A program made the translations under genes and the position numbers. A stretch of 32,000 bases of DNA from contig NC_006576.1 of assembly GCF_000010065.1 (NCBI RefSeq), positions 1,920,001 through 1,952,000 of the forward strand. Direction: 5' to 3'. This stretch comes from Synechococcus elongatus PCC 6301. Its GTDB lineage: Bacteria > Cyanobacteriota > Cyanobacteriia > Synechococcales > Synechococcaceae. This document shows, piece by piece, positions 29,652-32,000 of this stretch; the stretch's first letter is position 1, and every line of letters begins with the position of its first letter. The notes beneath the pieces are model-generated. The model saw only the letters and a list, made by a program, of their open reading frames with translations, was not told the origin of the DNA and did no database searches.

Positions 29652-30956
29652 ATGGATTCTTTGGCAGCCTTGGCGCGCGATCGGGGCATTCGTTACTTTC
29701 TGATTGCCTTCACCGATCTATTTGGCGTACAGCGAGCCAAGCTGGTGCCAGCCAGCAGCATCGACCTCATGGCCACTAGTGGTGCGGGCTTTGCCGGTTT
29801 TGCAGCTTGGCTTGATCTCAGCCCAGCGGATGCGGACGTTTTAGCCATTCCCGATCGCGACAGTCTGTTCCAACTGCCTTGGCAACCGGAAGTCGCTTGG
29901 ATGCCAGCAGATCTCTACCTCAACGATCAACCGCTGGAGCAAGCGCCGCGCTGGGTACTAAAGCGGGTTCTCTCGGTGGCTGAGTCCCTCGGCTATCGCC
30001 CCAAAACAGGGGTGGAGTGTGAGTTCTTCCTTCTGGATGAAACCGGAGATGCGATCGCTGATCCGCGCGATCGCCAGGCGAAACCTTGCTACGACCAGCA
30101 GTCCCTGATGCGGCGCTACGACCTGATTACCCAGATCAGTGAAGCGATGGAGGAACTGGGCTGGGGGCCGTATCAAAGTGATCATGAAGATGCCGACGGT
30201 CAGTTTGAAATGAACTGGACCTATGCGGATGCGCTAGTCACTGCCGATCGCCAGGCTTTCTTCAAGTACATGGTCAAAACTCTCGCGGAACGGCAAGGAT
30301 TAAGGGCTACCTTTATGCCCAAGCCCTTCGCGGATTTGACCGGCAATGGTTGCCACATGCACCTTTCACTCTGGAATCGGGAGGGCACAACCAATACTTT
30401 TGTCGATCCGGTTGCGACTGCTCCCCTCTCGACCCTGGGCTATCAGTTTATTGGTGGATTGCTGCATTCGGCGGCATCCCTCTGCGCCCTCACCAACCCA
30501 ACCATCAACTCCTATAAGCGGATTAATGCACCGGCGACGACCTCGGGTGCGACTTGGTCTCCGAACGGTATTAGCTACAGTGGCAACAACCGCACCCACC
30601 TGATCCGTATTCCCGATGCCGGTCGCTTTGAGTTGCGACTCGCCGATGGGGCTGCTAACCCTTACCTGTTGCCTGCTGCCGCGATCGCTGCCGGCTTAGA
30701 TGGTATTCAGAACAAACGCGATCCAGGCCCCCGCTACGACAATGACAACTATGCTCAGCCCTTACCACCCGGCACAGTTCCGACCTTGCCCGAGCATTTG
30801 CTGGATGCCCTGCGATCGCTACAAGAAAGCACTGTTCTCACCGAAGGTTTGGGAGCTGCGTTCACAAGTGCATACCTCAAGCTTAAGCATCAGGAATGGC
30901 GCAGTTTTTGTGCTGAAATTACCCCTTGGGAGCGCGCTACAACCTTGGATTGCTAG
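29652..30956 (+). CDS. Glutamine synthetase family protein (GlnT / type III glutamate-ammonia ligase-like)
   Basis: DLFGVQRAKLVPASSIDLM, GVECEFFLLDETG, FMPKPFADLTGNGCHMHLSLW, SYKRINAPATTSGATWSPNGISYSGNNRTHLIRIPDAGRFELRLADGAANPYL. Start could be ATG 29652 or GTG 29634. Confidence 0.85.
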   Translation: MDSLAALARDRGIRYFLIAFTDLFGVQRAKLVPASSIDLMATSGAGFAGFAAWLDLSPADADVLAIPDRDSLFQLPWQPEVAWMPADLYLNDQPLEQAPRWVLKRVLSVAESLGYRPKTGVECEFFLLDETGDAIADPRDRQAKPCYDQQSLMRRYDLITQISEAMEELGWGPYQSDHEDADGQFEMNWTYADALVTADRQAFFKYMVKTLAERQGLRATFMPKPFADLTGNGCHMHLSLWNREGTTNTFVDPVATAPLSTLGYQFIGGLLHSAASLCALTNPTINSYKRINAPATTSGATWSPNGISYSGNNRTHLIRIPDAGRFELRLADGAANPYLLPAAAIAAGLDGIQNKRDPGPRYDNDNYAQPLPPGTVPTLPEHLLDALRSLQESTVLTEGLGAAFTSAYLKLKHQEWRSFCAEITPWERATTLDC

Positions 30957-32000
30957 CCCCATTGCCCACCTGTAACCAGCGTTGTAACTGCTGTTCTTCG
31001 TGGCGGCGTAAGCGTTGCCCTTTGCGGGTAAATTGCCGCCGCACGATCGCCGCACCAAACCCCAGTTGTACGTCGGCCCCGAGGGCTTGAAGGGGTACTG
31101 CAGCAGAACTGACGGTAAAGACGGGCAGTCCTTGTAGATCGGGCAATAGGCTCAGCAGAATCACTTCGATTGGCCAAAAGGCGAGTTGCGAATCCTGAAG
31201 CACTAGGGGTTCAACCCCAAGGTCAGCGATCGCGGTTGTCAGCTGCTGGAGTTTGGTGGCACTGTCTCGGGGATGGGGTTTGAGTAGCAGGGCCGACGGG
31301 AGTGACTGGTCAGCCAAAAACTGGCGATAGGCTTCAATCTCAGCCGTAAGGCTGATGTAGGCGCCGTCAGCTTGCTCTGAGAGGTTGGCTGTCAGCAATA
31401 CGCCCCACTCTCGCTGAGCCGTCAGTTGTCTCAAACTGGCGATCGCTTGTGTGGGTAAGGCGTTGGCAAGGGTATGTAGGTAGTCCTCAAGGTCAGACAA
31501 AGGGACTGGCTGGCTGGGGAAGGGAGGTTGGCGATCCCCTGAAAAGATGAAATGACCACCATCGGCTGGAAGTGGTTTGGTAGCTGGTGACCACCAAGAT
31601 CGCAGCCGCGATCGCCAGCCCCGCCGCTGCTGCAGCACAGAGTCGGCAGCCACGTAGACCCCCAGCCCATCGCCGTAGCACAGGCAGCGTGCTGTTGGAT
31701 AAAGCTGTCGCAGAAGTTGTTCTTTCGGACGCCAGCCGGTGGCCAGCCACAGTTCATCGACGGTCTCGAGTCCAATCTCTTGTCGGAGTTGTTGTTGTTC
31801 TAGAGCTGATAGGGAGCGCCCCAGCCAACTGGTAAACCGCTCGGGAGCGATTGCTGATCCCGTCAAACCCGGCTGGAGCTGGGTTGCCATGCGGGCAACT
31901 TCGGCAGAGAAAGCCGCAAAACGATCGCGCGGTGCCCATCCCGAAAAGCAGTAGCGATCGGCTTGGAGTCCTTGACTGCGGAGCGCGGCGATCGCCGCAA
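30937..32000 (-). CDS. Hypothetical protein, possibly polysialyltransferase/glycosyltransferase-like, 5' end outside window
   Basis: The ORF has ATG 31890, but the frame remains open to the edge (AAIAALRSQGLQADRYCFSGWAPRDRFAAFSAEVARMATQL), so the true start is outside. Contains YGDGLGVY and LLKPHPRD. Confidence 0.6.
   Translation of the reverse strand, partial: AAIAALRSQGLQADRYCFSGWAPRDRFAAFSAEVARMATQLQPGLTGSAIAPERFTSWLGRSLSALEQQQLRQEIGLETVDELWLATGWRPKEQLLRQLYPTARCLCYGDGLGVYVAADSVLQQRRGWRSRLRSWWSPATKPLPADGGHFIFSGDRQPPFPSQPVPLSDLEDYLHTLANALPTQAIASLRQLTAQREWGVLLTANLSEQADGAYISLTAEIEAYRQFLADQSLPSALLLKPHPRDSATKLQQLTTAIADLGVEPLVLQDSQLAFWPIEVILLSLLPDLQGLPVFTVSSAAVPLQALGADVQLGFGAAIVRRQFTRKGQRLRRHEEQQLQRWLQVGNGASNPRL

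Overview
This looks like an ordinary cyanobacterial chromosome segment, very probably Synechococcus elongatus (PCC 7942/6301 type). The basis is recognisable SynA/CtaA, NblR, Ycf3 and groESL1 proteins plus frequent GCGATCGC (HIP1) octamers. Supported content runs from a left-truncated HD-domain phosphohydrolase through TPR, PsiE-like, SIMPL and HEAT-repeat proteins, grxC-gshB, gatC, ycf3, a DUF3288-like protein, a frameshifted higA-like antitoxin relic, a monooxygenase-fold membrane protein, the copper P-type ATPase synA, ATP synthase epsilon/beta, groES-groEL with K-box-like and CIRCE elements, murG, a secreted protein, tRNA-Arg(ACG), a PLP decarboxylase, a 2-Cys peroxiredoxin, gcvT, a J-domain + HNH gene pair, nblR, nadK, folP, a small HTH-like protein, a PAM68-like gene, rpsO, ruvA, an EF-hand transaldolase and a glutamine-synthetase-family gene. 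The right edge holds a 5'-truncated ORF with no firm assignment. Most of the window is housekeeping. The best candidate for a poorly described system is the compact J-domain/HNH-nuclease operon (about 21293-22885), whose HNH gene is AT-rich and has no HIP1 sites. No CRISPR array, rRNA, transposase or prophage was seen.
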